A stretch of 27,803 nt of DNA from Oscillospiraceae bacterium (GCA_009783605.1 WRDE01000001.1:1-27803), one strand, 5' to 3'. Shown: positions 1-7,796, counted from the first letter of the stretch. Notes: generated from the letters alone by a model not told the origin. Program-made: numbers and translations.

Positions 1-671
1 ACCACGCCGGGGCCGGAGACGCCGACATTGATCACGCAATCCGGCTCCCCCGGCCCGTGGAACGCGCCGGCCATAAACGGGTTGTCCTCCGGCGCGTTGC
101 AGAACACCACCAATTTGGCACAGCCGATACAGTCGCGGTCCGCCGTCGCGACCGCCGTTTCCCGGACGATTTGCCCCATCAGCGCCGCCGCGTCCATGTT
201 GATACCGGCTTTGGAGGAGCCGATGTTGACGCTGGCGCAGACGTGTTCGGTTTCGGCCAGTGCCTGTGGGATCAATCGGATCAACTCCCGGTCGCCGGGG
301 CCGAAGCCCTTCTGCACCAATGCCGAAAAGCCGCCCAAAAAGTTGACGCCGCAGGCCGCGGCCGCCCGCTCCAGCGTATGCGCCAGTAAAACCGCGTCTT
401 TGTTTTCAGCGGCGGCGAGGATCATGGCCGCCGGGGTGACTGATATCCGCTTGTTGATGATTGGAATGCCGTATTCCCGCTCGATATCCTCACCAACGGC
501 GACTAAATTTTCGGCGCGGCGGGTGATTTTATCGTATATTTTATCGCAGGCGGCGTTGATATCACTGTCTGCGCAGTCAAGAAGGGATATCCCCATCGTG
601 ACGGTGCGGACGTCCAAATGCTCTTCCTGGATCATGGTGATGGTTTCAAGTATTTCCCGGGTATTCAGCAT
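1..671 (-). CDS. PFL family / DUF711 (UPF0210) protein, N-terminal part; runs off the left edge
   Basis: Not in the ORF track. Manual minus-strand reading from ATG at 671: [33 protein letters not shown]...KRISVTP...[10 protein letters not shown]...[40 protein letters not shown]. This is the typical DUF711 N-terminus. SD-like GGAAAGGA lies upstream and the usual ACT partner is nearby. Confidence 0.9.
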   Translation of the reverse strand, partial: MLNTREILETITMIQEEHLDVRTVTMGISLLDCADSDINAACDKIYDKITRRAENLVAVGEDIEREYGIPIINKRISVTPAAMILAAAENKDAVLLAHTLERAAAACGVNFLGGFSALVQKGFGPGDRELIRLIPQALAETEHVCASVNIGSSKAGINMDAAALMGQIVRETAVATADRDCIGCAKLVVFCNAPEDNPFMAGAFHGPGEPDCVINVGVSGPGV

Positions 672-689
672 GATGAGAATGTCCTTTCC

Positions 690-1085
690 CTAAAATGTGC
701 TTCCTTGTTCCATCATCGCCACAATACAGGCATCTAACTTGGTCTTGGAAAACATATATGTCGGCTTGGTATCGTTGCCGGTTTGATATGTAAGATAGGT
801 GCCGTCCAGTACGCCTTCCCGGAGTATCCGGTTGAATATGCCAATATGGTCGTCGTCGAATCCGAGATAATCGGCGGCCTCATCAAGATTCATATACTCT
901 TTGAAGAGGATACTGCTGTCCATCTCCGGGAGACGGTTGACATTAATATCTCCCGTAAGATAGGTTGGCGGATACGCAACCGGCCGGTTAGTGACGGCGT
1001 TCGCAAGCATAGTCAACCCGATAAAAACAAGCACTCCCGCGATCAAGATGCTGATGACAATGGATCCCGCTTTAATCTTTGTCAT
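690..1085 (-). CDS. Hypothetical 131-aa protein: N-terminal TM helix plus excisionase/MerR-like HTH motif
   Basis: Hydrophobic aa ~7-30. Motif EYMNLDEAADYLGF and wing-like TYMFSKTKLD. SD AGAAAGGGG upstream. Confidence 0.75.
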   Translation of the reverse strand: MTKIKAGSIVISILIAGVLVFIGLTMLANAVTNRPVAYPPTYLTGDINVNRLPEMDSSILFKEYMNLDEAADYLGFDDDHIGIFNRILREGVLDGTYLTYQTGNDTKPTYMFSKTKLDACIVAMMEQGSTF

Positions 1086-1101
1086 GAAGATTATTCGCCC
1101 C

Positions 1102-1129
1102 TTTCTAAGCTCTAAAATCTAAGATCTAA
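1102..1129 (-). repeat. 7-bp tandem array, 4 units (transcript sense TTAGATC/TTAGATT/TTAGAGC/TTAGAAA)
   Basis: Forward strand tttctaa gctctaa aatctaa gatctaa. The first unit supplies the TAG stop of the ACT gene. Confidence 0.85.
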
Positions 1130-1395
1130 ATCCGGTGCATCGCATTAAAAATATCCTCATGCATACAGTGGATGGTCAACCCCCGCCCGGCGCCGGTTTT
1201 TTCTAATCCGGCGGCAAAATCGGCGAAGGGGAGGTTGCTGGCCGACAGGTCCACCATCATCATCATCACAAACATCTCCTGCAATACCGACTGGGTCACC
1301 TCAAGTACGTTGATATTCTGTTCGGCACAGGCGGTGAATACCGCCGCCAGTATGCCGACAGTATCCCGGCCGATAACGGTGATTACCGCGCGCAT
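1126..1395 (-). CDS. ACT domain protein (UPF0237), 89 aa
   Basis: MRAVITVIGRDTVGILAAV...INVLEVTQSVLQEMFVMMMMVD...HEDIFNAMHRI. Start moved from 1611 to 1395 (SD GGGGG upstream). Confidence 0.93.
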   Translation of the reverse strand: MRAVITVIGRDTVGILAAVFTACAEQNINVLEVTQSVLQEMFVMMMMVDLSASNLPFADFAAGLEKTGAGRGLTIHCMHEDIFNAMHRI

Positions 1396-1547
1396 AGCTG
1401 TTCCCCCGTTCATTTTTATTTTTGCCAGTATATCATAAATTAGGCAAAAAGAAAAGAAAATATTGCGGGTACACCACGACGTACACAGGTCAAACGCGAC
1501 ACAATTCACGATTTGTATGCGAATTTTTGTATTTCGGCGAAAATCTG

Positions 1548-1576
1548 TTGCCTTTTCAACAGATTTATGGTATTCT
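1548..1576 (+). promoter_or_regulatory. Sigma-A promoter of the MarR gene, overlapped by inverted repeats
   Basis: TTGCCT-N17-TATTCT with an extended -10 TG. Inverted repeat AAATCTGTTG-N6-CAACAGATTT at 1541-1566. Confidence 0.7.
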
Positions 1577-1643
1577 GTTGAAAACGTGAATACGGTTATC
1601 CCAAAACGCACGAAAATACTTCATAAAACAGGAAGGGGAAAAA

Positions 1644-2111
1644 ATGGAAATTGAAAATGCCGCGTCAAATACATTGAACGAGGAAATCAATGAGGTGTTG
1701 GTCAACACTTTCCATCTCATTTTAAAAACCGAATTGAAGATGATTAAGGAATGTGAAAAAAATGATCTTTCGATGCGGGAGATCCATCTGTTGGAGATTG
1801 TGGGAAAAGCCGAAAACGGGATCGGCGTCTCTCAGATTGCCAATATATTTCAGATAACCGTGGCCAGCGTCACCATGATGGTTAAAAAAATGGAACAGCG
1901 GCAGCTGATAGAAAGGCAAAAAGATTCCACCGACGGGAGAAGCGTGCTGCTGCGGCTGACCGAGGCGGGGAAAAAAATCGACGCGTATCATTACCAGTTT
2001 CATCAGACGATGGTAGAACACATCACCGGGCGGCTGACGGATTTTGAGAAACAGGTTTTTTTGGGCAGTATTAAGAAGCTGAACGAATTTTTTAATATGG
2101 AGTTATTATAA
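1644..2111 (+). CDS. MarR-family transcriptional regulator (FabT-like)
   Basis: INEVLVNTFHLILKTE...LSMREIHLLEIVG...VASVTMMVKKMEQRQLIERQKDSTDGRSVLLRLTEAGK...HYQFHQTMV. This resembles the FabT-type MarR winged helix. Confidence 0.9.
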   Translation: MEIENAASNTLNEEINEVLVNTFHLILKTELKMIKECEKNDLSMREIHLLEIVGKAENGIGVSQIANIFQITVASVTMMVKKMEQRQLIERQKDSTDGRSVLLRLTEAGKKIDAYHYQFHQTMVEHITGRLTDFEKQVFLGSIKKLNEFFNMELL

Positions 2112-2152
2112 ACAAAAAAGTTGAAAAACGGCGGTTTTTCAACTTTTTTGTT
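2111..2152. terminator. Bidirectional intrinsic terminator
   Basis: AACAAAAAAGTTGAAAAAC-GGCG-GTTTTTCAACTTTTTTGTT, a 19-bp perfect stem between convergent genes. Confidence 0.85.
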
Positions 2153-2170
2153 CAGGAGGATTCTTAGAAA

Positions 2171-2692
2171 TCAGTCTTTTTTTACGAAATGAATAATGCC
2201 GGTACCCGCGGTTGCGACTAAGTAGAGGATGGATCCGAGCCCGATAGTGGCTCCGAATTCAAACACGTTTGGCTGGCCGGCCGGGAAATCGGGAAATACA
2301 AACCCGATGATCAGCGCCAGCGCCATAAACCCGAACGCCAGGATCGCCAGCCATTTTGTTTGCATTTTATGTACGATTGTTTCATCCTTCTTAATCAGCG
2401 CCACAACCCCCGCCGCGAACAGCGCCGCAGCGCACGCGACCGACAGGATAACCAGGATGACGCTCAGGGTGGACCAGAAGATGGTTTTGTTGCTGAAATC
2501 GGTAACGAATTTGTAAAACGAGATACCCATATCCCCGCCCCTGAGCGCCGCGACACCTTGACGGGTTGCCTCCTGCGCCTCCGCCGGGATGCCCGCCGCA
2601 AAATTCAGGCAGAGCGTGGAATAGCTGAAGAACAGCGCGGCAAACGAAACGATGCCTCCGAATAGGCTGACCAAACTTTTTTTCATAACCAT
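2171..2692 (-). CDS. Hypothetical integral membrane protein (~4 TM)
   Basis: Four hydrophobic segments. SD AAGGAG before the ATG. Has its own promoter and shares the terminator. Confidence 0.8.
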   Translation of the reverse strand: MVMKKSLVSLFGGIVSFAALFFSYSTLCLNFAAGIPAEAQEATRQGVAALRGGDMGISFYKFVTDFSNKTIFWSTLSVILVILSVACAAALFAAGVVALIKKDETIVHKMQTKWLAILAFGFMALALIIGFVFPDFPAGQPNVFEFGATIGLGSILYLVATAGTGIIHFVKKD

Positions 2693-2709
2693 TTCTCCTT
2701 TTTGATATT

Positions 2710-2730
2710 ATTTAGTTAAGCTAACTAAAT
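2710..2730. promoter_or_regulatory. Palindromic candidate repressor operator
   Basis: ATTTAGTTA-AGC-TAACTAAAT, just downstream of the predicted TSS of the 2171-2692 gene. Confidence 0.6.
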
Positions 2731-2738
2731 TGTTTGCC

Positions 2739-2767
2739 ATGATACACCTTCTGTTTTTATTTGTCAA
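2739..2767 (-). promoter_or_regulatory. Sigma-A promoter of the membrane protein gene
   Basis: Minus strand TTGACA-N17-TATCAT. Confidence 0.75.
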
Positions 2768-2857
2768 CTGTTTTGCGGAAAATAAATGTGAAGTTATTTT
2801 AAAATTTAAATTTTCCGTAAATTCTCAGTTTTTTACCCGATTTTATTAAAATAATAC

Positions 2858-2886
2858 TTGCAATCGCCTTATAACAGTGATATACT
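2858..2886 (+). promoter_or_regulatory. rpsB-tsf promoter
   Basis: TTGCAA-N17-TATACT with TG at the extended -10 position. Confidence 0.75.
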
Positions 2887-2891
2887 ATTTC

Positions 2892-3035
2892 GGCTGTCGG
2901 TTTCCCGGCAGCCGAAATTCTCACGCGGAGTATTGTCTTTCGGCTGGGTTCCTGCCTTTTATCGAAAAAGCAGGTGGCGCGGAAGGCGCCGCGGACGAAT
3001 GTAAAAAAAACCAAAAAACAGGAGGAAAACAATCT
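2892..3035 (+). ncRNA. Probable rpsB 5' leader (S2 autoregulatory leader)
   Basis: ~140-nt structured leader between the promoter and the rpsB ATG, with hairpins GGCTG/CAGCC and CCTGC/GCAGG and a GC-rich CACGCGG...CCGCG segment. Structured rpsB leaders are established in bacteria. No covariance model was run. Confidence 0.5.
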
Positions 3036-3767
3036 ATGGCAGTCGTATCCATGAAACAGCTGCTGGAGGCCGGTGTTCATTTCGGACACCAGACCCGGCG
3101 CTGGAACCCGAAGATGGCGACCTACATCTTCACCGAACGCAACGGCATCTACATCATCGATCTTCAAAAAACCGTCCGCAAGTTGGAGGAGGCCTACATG
3201 TTCGTGCGCGATCTCGCGCTGGACGGCCAGACGGTGCTGTTTGTCGGCACCAAAAAGCAGGCTCAGGATTCTATCCGCGAGGAAGCCGAACGGGCCGGCG
3301 GTCATTTTGTCAACGCCCGCTGGTTAGGCGGTATGCTGACCAACTTCAACACCATCCGCGGCCGGATCAAACGGTTGGCCCAGCTGCGGGCGATGGAAGC
3401 CGACGGCACCTTTGACCTGCTGCCGAAAAAAGAGGTCATCAAGCTCAATCTGCAGATCGAGCGGTTAGAAAAATTCTTGGGCGGCATCAAGCAGATGAAC
3501 AAGCTGCCGGGCGCGCTGTTTGTGGTCGACCCGCGCCGGGAGAAGATCGCCGTCGCCGAAGCGCGCAAGCTCGGCATCCCGGTGGTCGCCATCGTCGATA
3601 CCAACTGCGACCCCGACGAGGTGGATTATGTGATCCCCGGCAACGATGACGCCATCCGCGCGGTCAAGCTGATCGCGTCGGTCATGGCCAACGCCATCCT
3701 CGAAGGCAATCAGGGCAGCGACATCGCCCCGACGGCGGAGGACGAAGGGGAAGAAGGGTCTGAATAA
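3036..3767 (+). CDS. rpsB: 30S ribosomal protein S2
   Basis: [27 protein letters not shown]...[10 protein letters not shown]...DTNCDPD...[13 protein letters not shown]. Start corrected to 3036 (SD GGAGG). Confidence 0.99.
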   Translation: MAVVSMKQLLEAGVHFGHQTRRWNPKMATYIFTERNGIYIIDLQKTVRKLEEAYMFVRDLALDGQTVLFVGTKKQAQDSIREEAERAGGHFVNARWLGGMLTNFNTIRGRIKRLAQLRAMEADGTFDLLPKKEVIKLNLQIERLEKFLGGIKQMNKLPGALFVVDPRREKIAVAEARKLGIPVVAIVDTNCDPDEVDYVIPGNDDAIRAVKLIASVMANAILEGNQGSDIAPTAEDEGEEGSE

Positions 3768-3772
3768 CATTA

Positions 3773-3851
3773 TAGTGACGAGTGACGAGATGCAGACCAG
3801 TCATTGGCAGCAGACAAACCAATACTAACCACTCATCACTCGCCACTTCTA
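3773..3851 (+). repeat. Paired 7-bp arrays in inverted orientation (AGTGACG x2; ACTAACC/ACTCATC/ACTCGCC/ACTTCTA)
   Basis: GTGACGAGTGACGAG pairs at 13/15 positions with CTCATCACTCGCCAC, forming a hairpin in the rpsB-tsf spacer. Confidence 0.7.
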
Positions 3852-3903
3852 ACGGCGTCCCCGCGTATAAATTTTTAATCATAACTAAAAGGAGATTACT
3901 ATA

Positions 3904-4827
3904 ATGGCATTTACCGCGAAGGATGTACAGGCGCTGCGCGAGAGAACCGGCGCCGGTATGATGGATTGTAAAAAAGCGCTGACCGAGACCGACGGCGATA
4001 TGGAGAAAGCGGTGGATTTCCTCCGCGAAAAGGGATTGGCTGCCCAGGCGAAAAAGGCCGGCCGGATCGCCGCCGAAGGCGTCGTATTTGCCACCGTCGA
4101 TACGGCGGCAAAAGTCGGCGCGGTAGTCGAAGTCAACGCCGAAACCGATTTTGTGTCGAAAAACCCCGATTTTATCGCTTTTGTGGAATCGGTGGCCGCC
4201 GCCGTCATCAAATATAACCCGGCGGATGTGGAAGCGCTGCTGCCGCTGCCCTGCGCCGGCTACGGCTCGGTGGAGGAAGCGCTGCGGGACAAGATTTTTA
4301 TCATCGGCGAAAACATGAAGATCCGCCGGTTTATCCGGTATGAGGGCGACTGCGCCGCTTATGTCCACGGCGGCGGCCGGATCGGCGTGCTGGTAAAATT
4401 CAGCGCCGACGCCACAACCGCCGGCGGCGCCGCGCTGGCCGAATGCGGCAAGGACGTGGCGATGCAGATCGCGGCCCTCAACCCGCTCTATTTAGACGAG
4501 GCGGCGGTCCCGGCGGAGGATATCGCCCGGGAGCGCGAGGTGCTGATCGCCCAGATCAAAAACGACCCGAAACTGGCCGACAAGCCCGCCAATATCATCG
4601 ATAAGATGGTGGACGGCCGGATCGGCAAGTTCTATGAGAACAACTGCCTGCTCAAACAGGCCTTCGTCAAAAACGGCGATATCACCGTCGCCCAATATGT
4701 CGCCGATTGCGCCAAAGCGGCCGGCGGAGCTTTCTCGATCGCGTGCTTCACCCGGTTTGAGAAAGGCGAAGGACTGGCAAAGCGGGAGGAAAATTTCGCG
4801 GATGAAGTCGCGAATATGATTAAGTAA
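3904..4827 (+). CDS. tsf: Elongation factor Ts
   Basis: MAFTAKDVQALRERTGAGMMDCKKAL...KKAGRIAAEG...EVNAETDFV...AMQIAA...CLLKQAFVK...RFEKGEG. Confidence 0.99.
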   Translation: MAFTAKDVQALRERTGAGMMDCKKALTETDGDMEKAVDFLREKGLAAQAKKAGRIAAEGVVFATVDTAAKVGAVVEVNAETDFVSKNPDFIAFVESVAAAVIKYNPADVEALLPLPCAGYGSVEEALRDKIFIIGENMKIRRFIRYEGDCAAYVHGGGRIGVLVKFSADATTAGGAALAECGKDVAMQIAALNPLYLDEAAVPAEDIAREREVLIAQIKNDPKLADKPANIIDKMVDGRIGKFYENNCLLKQAFVKNGDITVAQYVADCAKAAGGAFSIACFTRFEKGEGLAKREENFADEVANMIK

Positions 4828-4841
4828 TCAACACATGCACA

Positions 4842-4879
4842 AGAAATCATTGCCGCGCCTTGGCGCGGCAATGATTTCT
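4842..4879 (+). terminator. Long hairpin after tsf (probable terminator or stabiliser; weak U tract)
   Basis: AGAAATCATTGCCGCGCC-TT-GGCGCGGCAATGATTTCT, an 18-bp perfect stem. Confidence 0.6.
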
Positions 4880-5024
4880 ATCTGCACCGACGCATATAGT
4901 CGGAATTTAACACATGGGATACTTCAATGAGAGTACCACGTAAAAAAATAGCGTGGAATTGGATTATATTGGAAATTCCGGGTTTATTTTATTTATGTCG
5001 AAAAAGTGAAAAAGCCATACCGGC

Positions 5025-5054
5025 TTGACAAGGCACTTAAAAAAATGTAATACT
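5025..5054 (+). promoter_or_regulatory. Candidate sigma-A promoter of the dockerin-MltG gene
   Basis: Perfect TTGACA followed by TGTAATACT at ~17-18 bp. The -10 register is uncertain. Confidence 0.55.
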
Positions 5055-5108
5055 TTTAGTTATGATATGATTGATCTCATAAAGACATCATAAGGCAGGA
5101 GTATTGTT

Positions 5109-6128
5109 ATGCTGCGAAAACGCATGTATTCTACGGTCGGGTTATTGTTGTCGCTGTGCCTGTTCACCGGTATCTTTCAGCCGGTACAGGCGGCGTTTCA
5201 ATGGGGTGATGTGGATGGTGACGGCAAAATCGGCGTGGGAGACGCCCGGCTGATCCTGCAATATCTGGTTGGAAAGACCGCGCTTACGCCGTCGCAGCTG
5301 GCTGTTGCGGATGTGGACGGCGACGAAAATGTGACGATAGCCGACGCGCGGAAAGTATTACAGTATTTAGTAGATAAAGTTTTTTCAATAAACCCGCCGT
5401 TACCCCTGACTGTCCGGGTCACTATTCCGGAGGGAAAGACGTTGGATGAGATCGCGGCGCTGTTAGAGAAAAAGCGGGTTTGTCCGGCAACGGATTTTTA
5501 CGCGGCGGTGCAAAACGGAGATTTTTTCGACTATGATTTTATTCGGGATCTTCCGGAATCGCCGGGGCGCGGTCACCGGCTGGAGGGATATCTGTTTCCC
5601 GATACATATGAATTTTATACCGACAGCTCCGCTGCGTCGGCTATCCGCCGGATGTTGAATAATTTTACCAACAGGATCGTCCCGCTGCGCCCGATTCTGG
5701 CCGAAAGTGACCGCACAATTCATGATATCGTGCTGATGGCTTCTATCATCGAGCGGGAGGTATACAGCGCGGCCGATATGAAAAGGGTCAGCCGGGTGCT
5801 GCATAACCGTTTGCATAATCCGGCGGAGTTTCCCCGTCTGCAATGTGATTCCACCGGCGAATATGTGGACAAAGTCAACGCCGCGGGGTATATCACATTA
5901 AAAGATGAGGATTATAATACTTATCAGCGCCGCGGAATGCCGGCCGGGCCGATCAGTAATCCGGGATTAAACGCGCTGACAGCGGCGGTTTATCCCTCGG
6001 AAGAGGCATCCGTGATATCCTGCTATTTTTTCGCCTCCGATATCACCACCGGCATCACGTATTTTTCAAAAACCTATGCCGAGCATGTCGAGATATGCGA
6101 GCGGTATAAAATCGGGGTCCACCAGTAA
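5109..6128 (+). CDS. mltG: Secreted dockerin-MltG (YceG-like endolytic transglycosylase) fusion
   Basis: Signal peptide aa 1-~28. Two Ca-binding dockerin repeats (GDVDGDGKIGVGDARLILQYLVG, ADVDGDENVTIADARKVLQYLV). MltG motifs VTIPEG, LEGYLFPDTYEF, MASIIERE (catalytic Glu), LQCDST, YNTY, GMPAGPISNPG, YFFA. Confidence 0.9.
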   Translation: MLRKRMYSTVGLLLSLCLFTGIFQPVQAAFQWGDVDGDGKIGVGDARLILQYLVGKTALTPSQLAVADVDGDENVTIADARKVLQYLVDKVFSINPPLPLTVRVTIPEGKTLDEIAALLEKKRVCPATDFYAAVQNGDFFDYDFIRDLPESPGRGHRLEGYLFPDTYEFYTDSSAASAIRRMLNNFTNRIVPLRPILAESDRTIHDIVLMASIIEREVYSAADMKRVSRVLHNRLHNPAEFPRLQCDSTGEYVDKVNAAGYITLKDEDYNTYQRRGMPAGPISNPGLNALTAAVYPSEEASVISCYFFASDITTGITYFSKTYAEHVEICERYKIGVHQ

Positions 6129-6357
6129 TCAACACATACACAAGAAATCATTGCCGCGCCAAGGCGCGGCAATGATTTCTTGTCTGCGCCGACGCATATA
6201 GTCGGAGTTTAACACATGGGATACTTCAATGAGAGCAGCGCCGTGCAAAAAATTATTGCGTGGAAGCAGACTATATTTGGATATTTCCGGTTTTTTTATG
6301 TCGAAAAAATGAAAAAAGCTGCACTTGCTTGACAAAATACCCAAAAAGTTGTAATGT
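6124..6357 (+). repeat. Direct repeat copy 2 (hairpin plus cvpA promoter)
   Basis: See copy 1. This copy has a 21-bp perfect stem at 6140-6183, TGTCGAA at 6299-6305 and TTGACA at 6329-6334. Confidence 0.92.
6329..6357 (+). promoter_or_regulatory. Candidate sigma-A promoter of the cvpA-pgsA-clp genes
   Basis: TTGACA-N17-TAATGT, followed by an AT-rich leader and SD AAAGGAG. Confidence 0.55.
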
Positions 6358-6408
6358 TATTTAGATATAAAATAAAATATCCATATACAGTGAAAGGAGC
6401 GGCGGAAA

Positions 6409-7143
6409 ATGGCATATCTGCTGGACTTTGCGGCCATACTCATCATTGCCCTGTCGATATTTCTGGGGGTAAAAAAGGGGCTGGTACGCGCCTTGATTTC
6501 GATGGCGGGATTCCTGCTGGCGCTGACGCTGGCCGGATTTCTCTGCAAGCCGATGGCCGGCTGGATCTACGGCGGCTCGATGCAGGAGAAGGTGATTGCC
6601 GCCGCCGAAACCGAGATACAGAAGAGCGGCACCGACAAGGTGCTGGAGAATATCGACCGGATCGCGTCGGAGCTGCCGGTTCTCGGAGGGGCTTCGGGGA
6701 AAGACTGGGTCGACCATGACGGCCGCCGGGCGGACCTGAATCAGGCGTTAGCCAAGGAGTCGGCCCCCACCGCTCGCCGGGCCGCCGAGATAGCCGAGGA
6801 AAAGGTGCTGGGGCCGATCGCGGTGACATTGCTGACCATTTTATGCTTTATCATCCTCTTTATCCTGCTGAACGTGGCGGCCTGGCTGTTCGGCATTTTT
6901 GCCGGGAAAATTTTTAACCTGCCGGTTTTGAAAACCTTCAACAAAGCGGGCGGCGGCATATTCGGCGCGGTCCGCGGTCTTGTGCTGGCTGTCGGATTCG
7001 CCGTGATCGCCAGTGTTGTTGCTTCCGGCGGCAGCGAATGGCTGAGTACCGCGGATCTGAATGATTCATTATTCTGCAAGACGATCCTCGACTTGTTTGC
7101 CAGAAACGGGTTGTTGAGCCAGTTGATGTCCCTGTTACCCTGA
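6409..7143 (+). CDS. cvpA: CvpA (colicin V production) family membrane protein
   Basis: LDFAAILIIALSIFLGVKKGLVRAL...NLPVLKTFNKAGGGIFGAVRG. This is the CvpA pattern with an inserted soluble loop. Confidence 0.85.
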   Translation: MAYLLDFAAILIIALSIFLGVKKGLVRALISMAGFLLALTLAGFLCKPMAGWIYGGSMQEKVIAAAETEIQKSGTDKVLENIDRIASELPVLGGASGKDWVDHDGRRADLNQALAKESAPTARRAAEIAEEKVLGPIAVTLLTILCFIILFILLNVAAWLFGIFAGKIFNLPVLKTFNKAGGGIFGAVRGLVLAVGFAVIASVVASGGSEWLSTADLNDSLFCKTILDLFARNGLLSQLMSLLP

Positions 7144-7229
7144 TAACCAACACATCCATAAACGCTCCGCGTTTGTCTGCGTTGCTACACAACTTTAGGA
7201 AACCAATTATTTATTATTTAGGAGTCGTT

Positions 7230-7796
7230 ATGTTGGTAGACGTAAAATTGACAGTACCCAATCTGCTGTCGTTGTTGCGTATCCTGCTGATACCCGTTTT
7301 CGTGGTGTTGTATCTGAGCAGCAGCGCGGAGAACTCCTGCCCGGCTTACTGGGCGTTCGGCGTGTTGTTTCTCTCCGGTGTGACGGATTTTCTCGACGGG
7401 ATTATCGCCAGAAAATTTAATCAGATCACCGATTTCGGCAAGTTACTCGACCCCATTGCTGATAAACTGACCCAGGTGGCGGTGGTGGTCGCTCTTGCCG
7501 TCCGCCATAACCAGTTGTTTATCCTGGCCGCCATCTGTGTTTTGAAGGAATTGATCCAGGGTATCGGCGGATTGCTGCTGCTGCGCAAAGGCGACGAGGT
7601 ACGGGGAGCGCGCTGGTTCGGTAAAGCGGCGACCTTTGTGTTTTATGGCGTGATGATCGCGATCGTGCTGATCCCGGACGAATATATGTCGGCGCCGCTG
7701 TTATACGGGCTGATCGCGCTGGTAGGCGCCGCGATGCTGGTCGCGTTTATCGGGTATATGAAGACGTTTATGACGGTGAGAAAAGATTTGAAATAA
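7230..7796 (+). CDS. pgsA: CDP-alcohol phosphatidyltransferase (PgsA-like)
   Basis: TVPNLLSLLRIL...SGVTDFLDGIIARKFNQITDFGKLLDPIADKL signature. Start corrected to ATG 7230 after SD AGGAG. Confidence 0.88.
   Translation: MLVDVKLTVPNLLSLLRILLIPVFVVLYLSSSAENSCPAYWAFGVLFLSGVTDFLDGIIARKFNQITDFGKLLDPIADKLTQVAVVVALAVRHNQLFILAAICVLKELIQGIGGLLLLRKGDEVRGARWFGKAATFVFYGVMIAIVLIPDEYMSAPLLYGLIALVGAAMLVAFIGYMKTFMTVRKDLK

Larger units (their letters stand above)
4823..5054 (+). repeat. Direct repeat copy 1 (~230 bp: stop codon, long hairpin, conserved block, promoter)
   Basis: 4823-4933 matches 6124-6235 with 7 differences over 112 positions. Looser similarity continues through TGTCGAA, TTGACA and TGTAAT. 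Confidence 0.92.

Noticed and set aside
28-693. 221-aa plus-strand ORF
   Set aside because: Antisense shadow of the DUF711 gene, whose minus-strand frame has clear family motifs.
7144-7155. CAACACAT after the cvpA stop, echoing the 4823/6124 repeat start
   Set aside because: Only an 8-bp match with none of the rest of the repeat; compatible with chance.
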